From assembly GCA_010093815.1 (NCBI GenBank), contig ML996574.1: a stretch of 43,545 nt of DNA; one strand, written 5' to 3'. The position numbers and the translations under genes were made by a program. Of the stretch, positions 25,864-37,279 are shown one piece after another. The number at the start of each line of letters is the position of its first letter. Within the stretch, counting starts at the first letter, position 1. The stretch is from Pseudovirgaria hyperparasitica (taxonomy: Eukaryota). The notes under the pieces were generated by a model. It saw nothing but the letters and a program-made list of their open reading frames with translations. It had not been told where the DNA came from and did not search any database.

Positions 25864-27282
25864 CTATAGCGGCCTTAGGCATTATAATACCCCGGTATAC
25901 GCCGGATATACCCCTACTAGTACGGTAGAAACGGCTATATAGCGATATTAATATAGATAGCTAGACACCTATCTAAAATATAGGAACTAACTAAGGGTAT
26001 AAAGCGCTATAGATAATCTAGACTAAGGGGACCCTAAGAGGGGAGACCCTCCTAGATAAAATTAAATACTAGATAATACGTATAGAGAGGGACGCCGAGA
26101 AGGAAAAGAAAACCCTCCTTTATATATTCTAGGACCTTATCTAGAACCTAAGAGGAATCATAGAGAAAGAAAGAAAGTCGCTATAAGAGGAATCTAGTAG
26201 TAGACTTAACTAAATAGAAGCCAGCCTACGGAGAATCTAGAAAGAGCTATTCTAAGGTAAGCGCCCTAACACGTAGGCTTAGATTATAGTAATACCTAGA
26301 GCTACTATACTAAGAACCACTAGGACTATAGATAGAGTATATAGTATACGTATTATAATCTAGGATAAGAATACACTGGCGTAGGTCTAACGGGCATCCC
26401 TAAAGGAAATTATAAATAAGATTAATAAATAGAAAGGAATATAGTCGAGCGTCGTGGCTACTAAAGTTACGCTAGATAGGGTAGTACTTACTACTATAAT
26501 AAATACTACGTAGTAAAACATCTCACGAGATCCGAACGTAATAGGTAGTATCTTCCCCGGCGCGTCTATTAGGGTAGCTATATACCCGATTATAGTATAT
26601 ATAGTACCTATACGGGGATAGGCTATTAGAGCGGAGGATATTACGCGTATAGAATAATCCAACACGCGAAAATACCTAGGGATTAAGATCGTAAAAGCGT
26701 GGTAGAAGAACCTATAGGCGATTAAGACGACGGCGAAAAAACACTCTACTATAATTATAGAGCTCCGAGACCCCACCCTTATATAATATATTATATAGGA
26801 GGGATTCCTAATAGAAGGAGAGCTCCTTATAGCCGAGCCATAGAATAGGGCATAGATAATAACATAGTACTTTAACTATTAAGGGTATAGATATACTATA
26901 TAAAGGTACTTATAGAAGACTAAGTGCGGATAGTACTATAGGGACTACGCCATCTAGAAGTGCCCTTATAAACCGCGAGGAGACGGACTAAGAAACAGGG
27001 ATATAGTATAGTATTTAAACTACGACGGGAAACATCTATTATAGTCGTCAACGTATATAAAACGTAAATAGGTTATAGAATATATTCGCACGATAAAAGC
27101 GAGAGGCGCGAGATAGTTATAGAATATAATATCTACCACGAGCCCTTTCTTTATAATATCTCTAACCTCCCCTCCGGAAGGTAGTTAGGCGGGATAGTAG
27201 ACTATTCTAAAGATAATAGGATAACTAAAAGGTATAGTTAAAGCCGCTACCGCGTGAGGATAGTCGCGCCTCCAAGGAATAA
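25860..27282 (+). pseudogene. LINE ORF1 (gag-like; coiled coil and CCHC knuckles), disrupted by RIP stop codons
   Basis: De-RIP reading GETLLDKIKY...LDRIEASLRRIQEEL...KRPNTWAQI, and a CFNCQGYGH-type knuckle at ~26868-26895. Boundaries are approximate. Confidence 0.7.
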
Positions 27283-27313
27283 GCATGTAGATATATATAC
27301 TCCCTAGTATCTA

Positions 27314-30300
27314 ATAAGAGACTAGAATATACTCCGAATTATATAGGTAAACGTATAATATAAAAGAGAGAACTAGGCGACGCTCCTCGAAGAGACTAGG
27401 GCTATAATACTTACTATCTAGGAACCCTATAAATACTACTAGACGAGTAAACTAACCATACACCCTAGATACCATACTATATACCCTCTAAGACTAGAAA
27501 GACGAGTCCTCTTCCATATTTATAGGTTAATACTACTCTTATTATAGTCGTACACTAAGCGCGATAACCTTAGGATAATACTACACCTATAAATAGATAT
27601 AGGCCCCCTATATATATATAATATATATAACTAATAACGTGTACTTATACTAGACGAGATACTTAAGGGTACTACGGAACTAGGGTAATATATCCTCCTA
27701 GGAGACTTTAACCTCTACTACTAATAGTAGGGAGGCCTAGCCGTGGTTAGGGAAGAACTTAGAGTAAGGGAACTACGCACCCGCTACTACGACTTCCTAT
27801 ATCTACTTACACCTATAGAATAAGTTATATAGAAAAAATATAAATAGGACGAAGACGGGTCCACGCTTAATCTTACCTTCGCTACGGAGTATATTAGTCA
27901 CCGGATCTAATACTACCGCCTAGGCTAGGTATAGACGGATTCCGACTATAAATATATAGAAACCGTAATAAATGTATATACCCCGAATAAATAACGGGGA
28001 CGATAGATATAGAAGGACACCGACTAGGAAAAGTACCTAAAGGACCTAGAATCGGCGATTCTAGATCCCTCTATAGTCGATATATCTAATAACCTAGCTA
28101 TAGACTAGGCCGTATAGATACTCCTATAAATATACTAGAATACGAGAAATAAACACGTACTATACTAAATATACCGGCCCCCGGAAGCAAAGAGGATTCC
28201 TTAAGTACGGGAAAGTAGATAAGACGCCCAAAGGCTATATAGACGTGTATACCGTACGAGAATACCTAAGTCATAGAAAGAATAGAAGGAAGTAATATAA
28301 TAACGCGATAAAGTTCTCCGTAACGAAAGGTATAAATAGTAGTATATAATTACTAGTTAATAGACACGATATATAATAGGGCTATAGCGCATGGCGAAAT
28401 AGGCTAAGGGCGTAGATACTCCGATACCCCTACCACTTATACCTCCCCTAATATATTAGGGGAGAATATACTCTACGGGCCTTAAGAAAACTAAGGCCCT
28501 ACGGGAGGCCATGTTCCCTCTCCCGGAACTAGTAGACCTATTAGATATTTACGGCGCCGAATATCTATACGCGGTAGACATCCCCGAAGAAGTTATAGAG
28601 GAGGATATACTTAATATTATTAAGATACTCCTAAATAATAAAGCACCCGGACTAGATGGAATTCTAAATCGATACCTAAAAAGCACTATAAAAGCGACCC
28701 TACTACTTATTACTTATATATTCTAAGTATACGTTACGTAAGGGTACCACCCCTAGAGCTTCCGAGTCATCTATACTATTATACTCCCGAAGCTAGAAAA
28801 GAGCCCTAACTCCCTAAAGGGATAGAGACTAATCGCCCTTCTCTCCTACCTAGATAAGATACTAGAGGCCACGATAGCGAAGAAGATAAGTACCGCGGTA
28901 TAGGAATATAATCTCCTCCCTCCGAACTAGAAGGCAAAGGTAGATAGCTCCCTAATAATAGCTATCTAATATATTATTAAAGTTATCTAGGCCGCATAGA
29001 AATAGGGACGGGTAGTATTACTCCTCTCCCTTAATATAGCCGGAGCGTTTAATAAGGTAAACTATATAAGACTTATTCATAACCTCCGGATAAGACGAAT
29101 ACTAGAATAGATTATACGCTTTATATAGTTATTCCTTATAGGAAGAATAACTTAGATATATATCCCTAGGTACTAGAGCGAATATAAAGAAACGGTATAC
29201 GGCATCCTATAAGGGAGTACTATCTCTCCAATCCTATTCCTCTTCTTTATAGTAGACCTTCTTTAAGAAATAAAGTATATAGAGGTAGTCGGATACGCCG
29301 ATAATATATATCTCCTAGCTATTAATAATAATACTAACTAAATATATAGATAACTAGAATAGGACTACGAGAGGTATCTCTAGTAGGTAAAACGCTACGG
29401 AGTAAAGTTCGCCCCGGAGAAATACTAGCTTATATACTTTATTAATCGTTAAGGGAAATAGGTAACTAGGGAAGGCGAACGACGCCCCCGAATTAACGTA
29501 TTTAATAAACTACTAGTATAAAGTATATACGCGCTCGGAGTTATACTAGATAGTAAGCTTAAATAGGGACTATAAGTAGTATATACCGTCTCTAGGGCCC
29601 TCTAGATAGAAGCCGCTATATAACGGATTATAGCCTCTATATAGGGAACCGCCCGGGATAAGACACGCTAGCTATATATATCTATAGCACGACCCGCCTT
29701 CACGTACGGATACGAGTACTAGTATACGGCCCTTATATAGACTAGGTAAATAAAGCTCGAATCCATATAGAACTATATACTCCGTCTTATATTAGGCGTA
29801 TATAAAGCTACTAACACGGTACTACTATAACGCGAGATAGACGTTATAAGTATATATAACTTCTACTAGATATAGAGGGTGGTATACTTTACTAAATAAT
29901 AAGTATAGGAACGTATAGAAAACGTAGAATATACTTTTACCGTGCTACGTGTACGAATTAGTATATATTACCACGCACTTCTATATATAGGCTAGAATCG
30001 AATACGGTATAGATACTTAATAGAAGCCGACTCTAGCTAAATAGTATAAGAAGTCCGAGATAACCCGGACGCTCTCCTAGACTAGTAGAGCCTTTAAGAA
30101 CTTATAAAAAATATATAGTCGTGGACTTAAGATAAGTAGAAAGAGATACTCTATACCTACTAGACCTTCTAGTAGAATAGGTATCTAGAGTAGATTCGAG
30201 GGCCATAGAAGGAACTAAGTAAATAGATATATAAAGGGCTAACGAAAGCCTAAGTATCTATACTTATCTAAGCCCGAACGGGCGCTATAGAACTTCTATA

Positions 30301-30640
30301 CTATATCTATAAGAGAGGCGTTCCTAATACCTCTCTATAGTATAAGGCGTATAGCCGGAGAGGTATAATACGCCACTATCTAGCTATATACCCTAACCTC
30401 TATATATAATAGTAATAGCTTATCTATGTTATAAAGACTTTAGATATTATATAATAGCTTAATAAGTACCCTAAGGACGTCTCCCGATAGATACTTATAT
30501 ATCTACTACTCCTCTAGTACTAGTAGACCCGGAAATATATACTAGAAGAGACCCGGTATACGCCGGTAGTAACCCGATATATACCGGAAGAACCCCGGGA
30601 GAACCCCGATTATTAGTTAAGGATAGCCCTTAACTAATAA
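27314..30640 (+). pseudogene. LINE ORF2 (APE endonuclease, reverse transcriptase, C-terminal CCHC; no RNase H recognised), disrupted by RIP
   Basis: ILRI.QVNV and AIQEP at the start, LLGDFNL (~27695), DSDH (~27938), KAPGLDGI (track ORF 28511-28726), RPIALLS.LGK.LE (~28825), GIPQGS.ISPILF (~29201), GYADD (29291-29305) and QARTGAIG (~30268). Confidence 0.85.
30610..30640. repeat. 31-bp palindrome, 3' copy in LINE D
   Basis: TTATTAGTTAAGGA-TAG-CCCTTAACTAATAA (one G>A in the arm). Confidence 0.92.
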
Positions 30641-31446
30641 CCTCCGTACCTATACGTGCTACCTAAGGGTAAAATAATAGCAATATAGGCTATAGACTAA
30701 TAGGCGTACCCTATAGCTATATACTTAAGACGAAATAGAGGTTTAACAAGATATAGTTATAGATATAAGGAAGTTTTTCCCTATGGGGTTTCTTCTTATA
30801 TAGTGGCTTAGACTAGAGAAGGTATAGGCCTATAGAGTGCTACTCTACCTAGTTATATAATATTATTATTATTATTATTATAATCTATTTAGATATATAT
30901 CTCTTCTATAGATTATAGATAAGTCTTATATAGTTTACCTTATTAAATATACTAGCTATATTAAGAGAGAGTAGTATTACTATATATCTCTACTTCTATA
31001 TAGTCTAGATAGTAAAAGAATATACTAAAGTTACTAGAGTTAGAATAATATTATAGATACTAAACTACTAAGAGAATATATATAATAGCTATAAAAAAGA
31101 AAGAATACTTTACTAATTAAGTAGTACTCTAGTAAGAGATAAGTAGAGAGAGAGTAATATTAAGAGTAAACTCTAGTTATACTTAATACTAGTATATCTA
31201 TATCTATAATAATAATAATAATAATATTAGTAAACTAGGTAGAGTACCACTCTATAGGCGCATGCCTCCTCTAGTCTAAGCTACTATATAAGAAGAAACC
31301 TATAAATAGGAAAAACTCCCTTATATCCATGACTACGCTCTGTCTATCCTCTCGTTCTTTTATATATATAGCCCTAGGGGCTACCTATAGGCCTATAGCC
31401 TATATTATAATAGTTTGCCCTTAGGTAGCACGTGTAGATGCGGAGA

Positions 31447-31477
31447 TTATTAGTTAAGGGCTACCCTTAACTAATAA
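31447..31477. repeat. 31-bp palindrome, 3' copy in LINE E
   Basis: TTATTAGTTAAGGG-CTA-CCCTTAACTAATAA. Confidence 0.95.
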
Positions 31478-34400
31478 TCGCGGTTCTCCCGGGGTTCTTC
31501 CGACGTATACCGGGGTTCTTCTAGTATATATTAGGCTTCTTCCGGCATATATACGCGGGTCCACTAGAACTAGGGGAGAGGAAGGTATACGAGCATCTAT
31601 CGGGCGACGTCCTTAGAGTACTTATTAAGCTATCGCGTAATATCGGAGGTCCTTATTATACGGACGAGGGCTTATCTTAGGGTATAGAGGCTAGAGCATA
31701 TCGCGAGATAGTAGCATATTATGCCTCTCCGGCCGCAGTCCTCGCACTAGGGAGATACATCTAGAACGCCTCTCTAGTAGAGGTAATATAGGAGACCTAT
31801 AGCGCCTATTCGGGCTTAGAGGAGTATAGATGCTTAGGCCTTCGTTAGCCCTTTATATATCTATTTACTTAGTTCCTTCTAAGGCCCTCGGATCTATTCT
31901 AGATACCTATTCTATTAGGAGGCCCACTAGGCTTTAAGTACCTCCCTCTATTTATCCTAGATCCACGACCGTATAACGCGGCTAAGCTCCTTAGGGCTCT
32001 ATTGGCTCGGGACGGTATCCGGGTTATTTTAAACCTCCTACGCGGTCTAGCTCGAGTCCGCCTCTATATAGTATTTATATTATACTCGAGTTTATTCTAT
32101 AGTAGGGAGGGCCTAGTAATACGCGCGGATATATATACGTAGTACGGCGAAGGTATATACCCTATCTCCTCTACGTTCTTATACTTATTATTTAGTAAAG
32201 TATATAAGTCTCTATATCTAGTAGAAGTCCTATATACTCGTTATATTTATCTCGCGTTAGAGGAGCGTCGTGTTAGTAGCTTTATATATACCGGAGATAA
32301 GGCGGAGTATACGGTTTTATATAGACTTAAGCTTTACCCGCCAAGCTTATATAAGGGCCGTGTACTAGTACTCGTGTCCGTATATAAAGGCTAGGCGTAC
32401 TAGAGAGACGTATAGCTATCTCGCCTTATCCCGGGCTATTCCCTACGTGGATACCGTAATCCGGCGTATAGCGGTTTCTACCTAGAGGGCTCTAGAGACG
32501 GCGTGTGCCATCTATAGTCCCTATTTTAGCTTATTATCGATCATGACGCCGAGTGCTCGTATACTCTATACTAGTAGTTCTATGAAGGCGTCGATTTAGG
32601 GGCGACGTGCCCTCTCCCTAGTAGCCTATCCTCCATAGCGGTTAATAAAGTATATAAGCTAGTATTTTTTAGGTGCGAATTTTACTCCGTGGCGCTTTAC
32701 CTACTAGATGTATTTCTCGTGGTCTCGTTCGAGTCGTATATATGTTCTACTAGTACTACTATCGACCGTAAGGAGGTATATATCGTCCGCGTATCCGACT
32801 ACCTCTATATATTCCATTCCCTAAAGAAGGTCTACTATAAAGAAGAGGAAGAGAATCGGGGAGATGGTACTCCCTTACGGGATGCCGTATGCCGTCTCCT
32901 TATATTCGCTTCGGTATCTAGAGATATATATTTAAGTAGTCCTTTACGCGAGGAAGGACTATATAAATCGTGTAATCTACTTAGGTATTCGCCTTATCCG
33001 GAGGTTATAGATAAGTCTTATATAGTTTACCTTATTAAACGCCCCTACTATGTCTAGAGAGAGTAGCGTAACGACTCGTCCTTATTTCTATATAGTCTAG
33101 ATAACCTTAAGGATATGTTAAATGGCTATAATTAGGGAGCTTCCTACCTTCGCCTTCTAGTTTACTAGAAGAAGGCCGTGTACCTATACTACTATACTTA
33201 TCTTCTAGATAATCGTGGCTTCTAGTACCTTACTAAGGTAGAAGAGGAGGGCGATCGGCCTCCATCCCTTCGGCGTGTTTAGGCTCTTCCCTAGTTTTAG
33301 GAGTATAACCGTATATATAGTTCGGAAGCTCTATGGGTAGTATCCTATACAGGCGCACGCTCGGAATATATAGCCTATAATTAGTAAGGTCGCCTATATA
33401 GTCCTCTTAAGATATCGATTTAGAATTCCGTCTAGCCCGGGCGCTTTATCGTTCGGGAGTATCTTAATAGCGCCGAGTATATCGTCGTCTATGATTTCCC
33501 TAGAGATACTCACGGCTTCCGGGTATTCCGTACCGTTAATATCTAATAGGTCTACGGGTTCTAGAAGAGGGAACATAACCTCTTATAGAATCTCTATTTT
33601 CTCGAGGCTTATAGAGTACGTCTTTTCTTAATATATAAGGGGGGGTATAAGTGGTGTAGGTGTCGGGGAGGCGGTGCTTTTAGCCTATTTTACTATATAC
33701 CATAGTCTAGTAGTATTACGTGTGTATCTATCCGTAACTATACGCTACTATTTACGTCGCTCGTTACGGAGGACCTTATCTCGTTATCTTCTCGCCTCTC
33801 TCTATTTATCCCACGCTTTAGATATACGGTTATAGTATACGCGTCTATATAATCTCCGGACTTCTCGCCTATACTCTCGCACTTAAGGTATACTTTTCGG
33901 GTCTAGGGGTCTATATATTTAGTATGGCACGTATTTATCTCTTGCTCCCTAGTACGCCTATAGGAGTATATTCACGGCCTGGTCGATAGCCGGGCCATTA
34001 GATACGTCGACTATAGACGGGTCTAGGATCGTCGATTCTAGGTCCTTTAGATACTTTTCCTAGTTAGTATCCTTCTATAGCTATCGCCCTCGTTAGTCTT
34101 AAGGGGTGGATATATCTATTATAGTCTCTATGTATTCGTGGTCGGAGTCTATCTATATAAGGCTTAGGCGGTAGTATTAAGTTCTATTATAAATGTGTCT
34201 AGTGGCTAGGGTAAGGTCGAGTATAGATCCGCCCTTATCTTATTTATGTTTTCGCTAGGTAATCTATTCTACTAGTATAAGAAGGTATAGGAAGCCGTGG
34301 TATTAGGTGCGTAGTTCTCTAGCTCGAAGCTCTTCGCGGGTAACGGTTAGTCTACTCTACTAGCTATAATAGAGGTTGAAGTCTCCTAGGAGGATGTATT

Positions 34401-36235
34401 ATCCTAGCTCGGTAGTACCCTTAAGTATGTTATCCGCCTAAAGCGATCGGTTCTAATTATATATATTATATATATAGAGGGGTCCGATATTTATCTAGAG
34501 GTGTAGTATTATCCGGAGGTTATCCCGTTTAGTATACGACTATAATAAGAGTAGAATAGACTTATAGACATGGAAGAGGACTCTCCTCTCCGGTCCTAGG
34601 GGGTATATTATATAATATTCTAGGTGTGTTATTAGTTTATTCGTCTAGTAGTGTTTATATAGCTCCTATATAGTAAGTATTATAGCTCCGGTCTCCTCGA
34701 GGAGTATCGCCTAGTTCTTACGTTTATACTATATGTTTACCTATATAATTAGGAGTATATCTTGGTCTCTCATTGGGTGCTAGAGAATATATAGACCTAT
34801 ATATTCGTTCCTCTAAGACGCGACTATCCTCGTACGGCGGCGGCCTTAGTAATTCCTTGGGGCCGTTCTATTATTAGCTTTCTCGGGACGGTTTACCATT
34901 CCTAACCGCTTCCTTATAAGGAGGTAGTCTATAGTAGTAGTGTTATAGTAAAGAGAGGAACGGTAGTAGGTCGCATCGTTTATAGCTACCTTGCTCCCTT
35001 TATCTAGATTAAGTAGATATATTTAGTAATCTATTTGCGTTTCGTGCACGTAGCCGACTACGACGGGTGCTTACCGTCGTAGTTAGAGTACTTCACCGTG
35101 TCCCTATCTCTCTAGCCCTCTTCTCGTGTCCTATAGGGGCACTCCTAGGTACTATGTTCTTATTAATACTATCTATACCTAGTCTTTTAGGAGCACCGCT
35201 ATACCGTGTACCCGTATCCCTAATAGTTAAAGTACTATGTTATCGCCTATGCTCTATCCCATGGTTCCGCTATAAGAAGCTCCCCTTCCGCTAGGAATCT
35301 CTCTTATATAATTTAATACGCGAGGGCGGGGTCCTTAAGCTCTACTATTATAGTAGAGTATGCCTTCGATCTAGTTTTAATCCCTTATATATTCTTCTAC
35401 CATGCTCTTACGATCTTAATTTCTAGGTATTTTTACTCGTTTAACTATTCTATCCGCGTGATGTCCTCTTCTCTAATAACCTATCCGCTTATAGATATAG
35501 AGTATACCTATATCGGGTATATGGCCGCCCTAATAGAGGCGCCTAGAAAGATACTACTAATCGCGTTTGGATCGCGCGAGATAGTCTACTACGTAATATT
35601 TATTATTATGGTAAGTACTACTCCTCCTAGTGTAAGTTTAGTAGTAAACATATTTAACTATATTCCCTTTTATTTATTAATCTTACTTACTATATCCTTT
35701 AGGGATGCTTACTAGACCTATACTAGGGTGTTCTTATCCTAGATTATAACGCGTATACTATACGCCGCGTCGCCGGTCCGGGGGGCCCGTAGTATAGCCT
35801 CCGGTATTACTACTATTTATACCTATATACTAGGGCGCTTACCTTAAGTAAGTTCCTCCTAGATTCTACGTAGGCTAGCCTCTATTCGGTTAAGCCTACC
35901 CTCCGGTCCTCCTAGTTATATCTTCTTCTTCTTCTCCGTAATTCCCTTTAGATTCCGGATAAGGTCCTAGAATATATATAGAAGGGTCTTCTAACCCTCT
36001 CCGGCTTCCTTCTCTATACGTGCTACCTAGTAGTCGATATAATCTAGAAGGGTTTCCCCTCTTAGGGTCCCCTTTATTCCGTCTATCTATAGCGGCGTGC
36101 GCCTTTAGGTGTGTTCTATATTTTAGATAGGTATATGGTTACCCTTAGTAATATCGCTATATGGCCTTTTCTATCGTACCGGTAGGGGTATATCCGGTAT
36201 ATACCGGGGTATATCGGTGCCTAAGGCCGCTATAT

Positions 36236-36266
36236 TTATTAGTTAAGGGCTGCCCTTAACTAATAA
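36236..36266. repeat. 31-bp palindrome, 5' copy in LINE E
   Basis: TTATTAGTTAAGGGC-T-GCCCTTAACTAATAA, perfect 15-bp arms. Confidence 0.95.
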
Positions 36267-37048
36267 AAGGGGGTCGGCGTGTCGGCGTTCTAGTAGCGTG
36301 GTCCGTGCCTCTATCTCCGTAAGGATTTTAAGAGGGTGTGTATATATCTTTATACGGCGATAACGTCTTGGTTTCGACGCTGCACGTACGTGCGTGTAGT
36401 AGTAGTAGGTGTACTCGGTGTGCTCTATCGATTGAGGTATGTATCTCGCTATATTACCCCGAATGGACCAAGTTAGCCTCTTGGGGATGTAAAAGAAGTT
36501 TTTCTATATCTATAATATCTCTATTCTACTATATAAGATTAAGTAAGTATCTTTTATTAGTATACTTATATATACTCTATTCTATATCTTAAGAAAATAA
36601 AGTAGATTTCTACTTTCTCTCTTATTAAACTTACTAAAATCTATTAATACTCTTATATTTATATATATATTATATTTCTATAATAGTTCTATAGAGAGTT
36701 ATTCTACTTTAAGATATTAGATATTATTTAATATATCTATTATTTTCTTATTAAATAGTTCTATAATTTAGTCTTATATATTAACTTCTCTATTAAGAAT
36801 AGCTAGATTTAATACTAAATAGAGTAAATCTATACTATATAATATATATTACTTATCTCTATAGTAAATTATACTAATTTTCTTAGTTCTAGTTAAACTA
36901 TAGTAAATATAGTACTATATATAGAGTAATTAAAATATAAGAATAGAATAGATAGATAATAATATAGCTAGATAGAATAATATAGTATATTCTATTATAG
37001 AATAAAATACTATTAAATCTCTCTAGTAATAATTAAAGAGAGTATATA

Positions 37049-37279
37049 TGTTAGGGCTAACACTAGGGTAGACTTAACTAGACTACTATAGTCTAGTACG
37101 GTCCGTAATAGGTGGACCTAGGTTAAGTTAGCTAGATTAAGCGAGACTACTATATAAGTAGACTATATATACTTAATTTCTACTCTTTAGGAATTGACCT
37201 TATTATAAGAGTAGACTACCCTTTTAAATATATTCCTAAATCCTTCTATAACCTATTAGACTACTATCCTATATCTATA
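37049..37279 (+). repeat. 5' LTR of the G1 copy
   Basis: TG start retained. The end is placed by comparison with 327-555, 7112 and 23673. Confidence 0.85.

Larger units (their letters stand above)
25571..30880 (+). mobile_element. Full-length Tad1-like LINE copy D, RIP-inactivated
   Basis: ORF1 and ORF2 remnants, (TAT)n tail at 30861-30880, TSD TTATAATCTATTTAGA at 25555-25570 and 30878-30893. Confidence 0.93.
23787..31011 (-). mobile_element. 5'-truncated Tad1-like LINE copy C (same subfamily as A), split by LINE D; host segments 23787-25570 and 30878-~31011
   Basis: Reverse complement of ~19525-21428, with its tail at ~23787-23800. The RT sequence resumes in register after copy D. Confidence 0.85.
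31212..36502 (-). mobile_element. Full-length Tad1-like LINE copy E (distinct subfamily), RIP-inactivated
   Basis: Colinear with B but with many non-RIP differences. (AAT)n tail at ~31208-31225. TSD TCTATATCTATAATA at 31197-31211 and 36503-36517. Track ORF 33394-33576 is an ORF2 fragment (DKAPGLDGI). Confidence 0.92.

Noticed and set aside
13092..31225. (AAT)n/(ATT)n microsatellites
   Set aside because: They are the LINE 3' tails, not independent repeats.
15248..33576. Three similar 60-71 aa ORFs (MF.L.E.VDLLD...KAPG.DGI) that look like a small gene family
   Set aside because: Stop-free fragments of LINE ORF2 just before the RT domain.
13334..36266. The 31-bp palindromes as a CRISPR array or as TIRs of a DNA transposon
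   Set aside because: Copies are 0.8-4.8 kb apart, internal to elements bounded by LINE tails and TSDs, with no spacers, cas genes or transposase.
37031..37048. Purine-rich AAAGAGAG before the 37049 LTR as a PPT, implying a tandem G1
   Set aside because: The upstream sequence does not resemble the G0 3' end, and the G1 3' end is not available for comparison.
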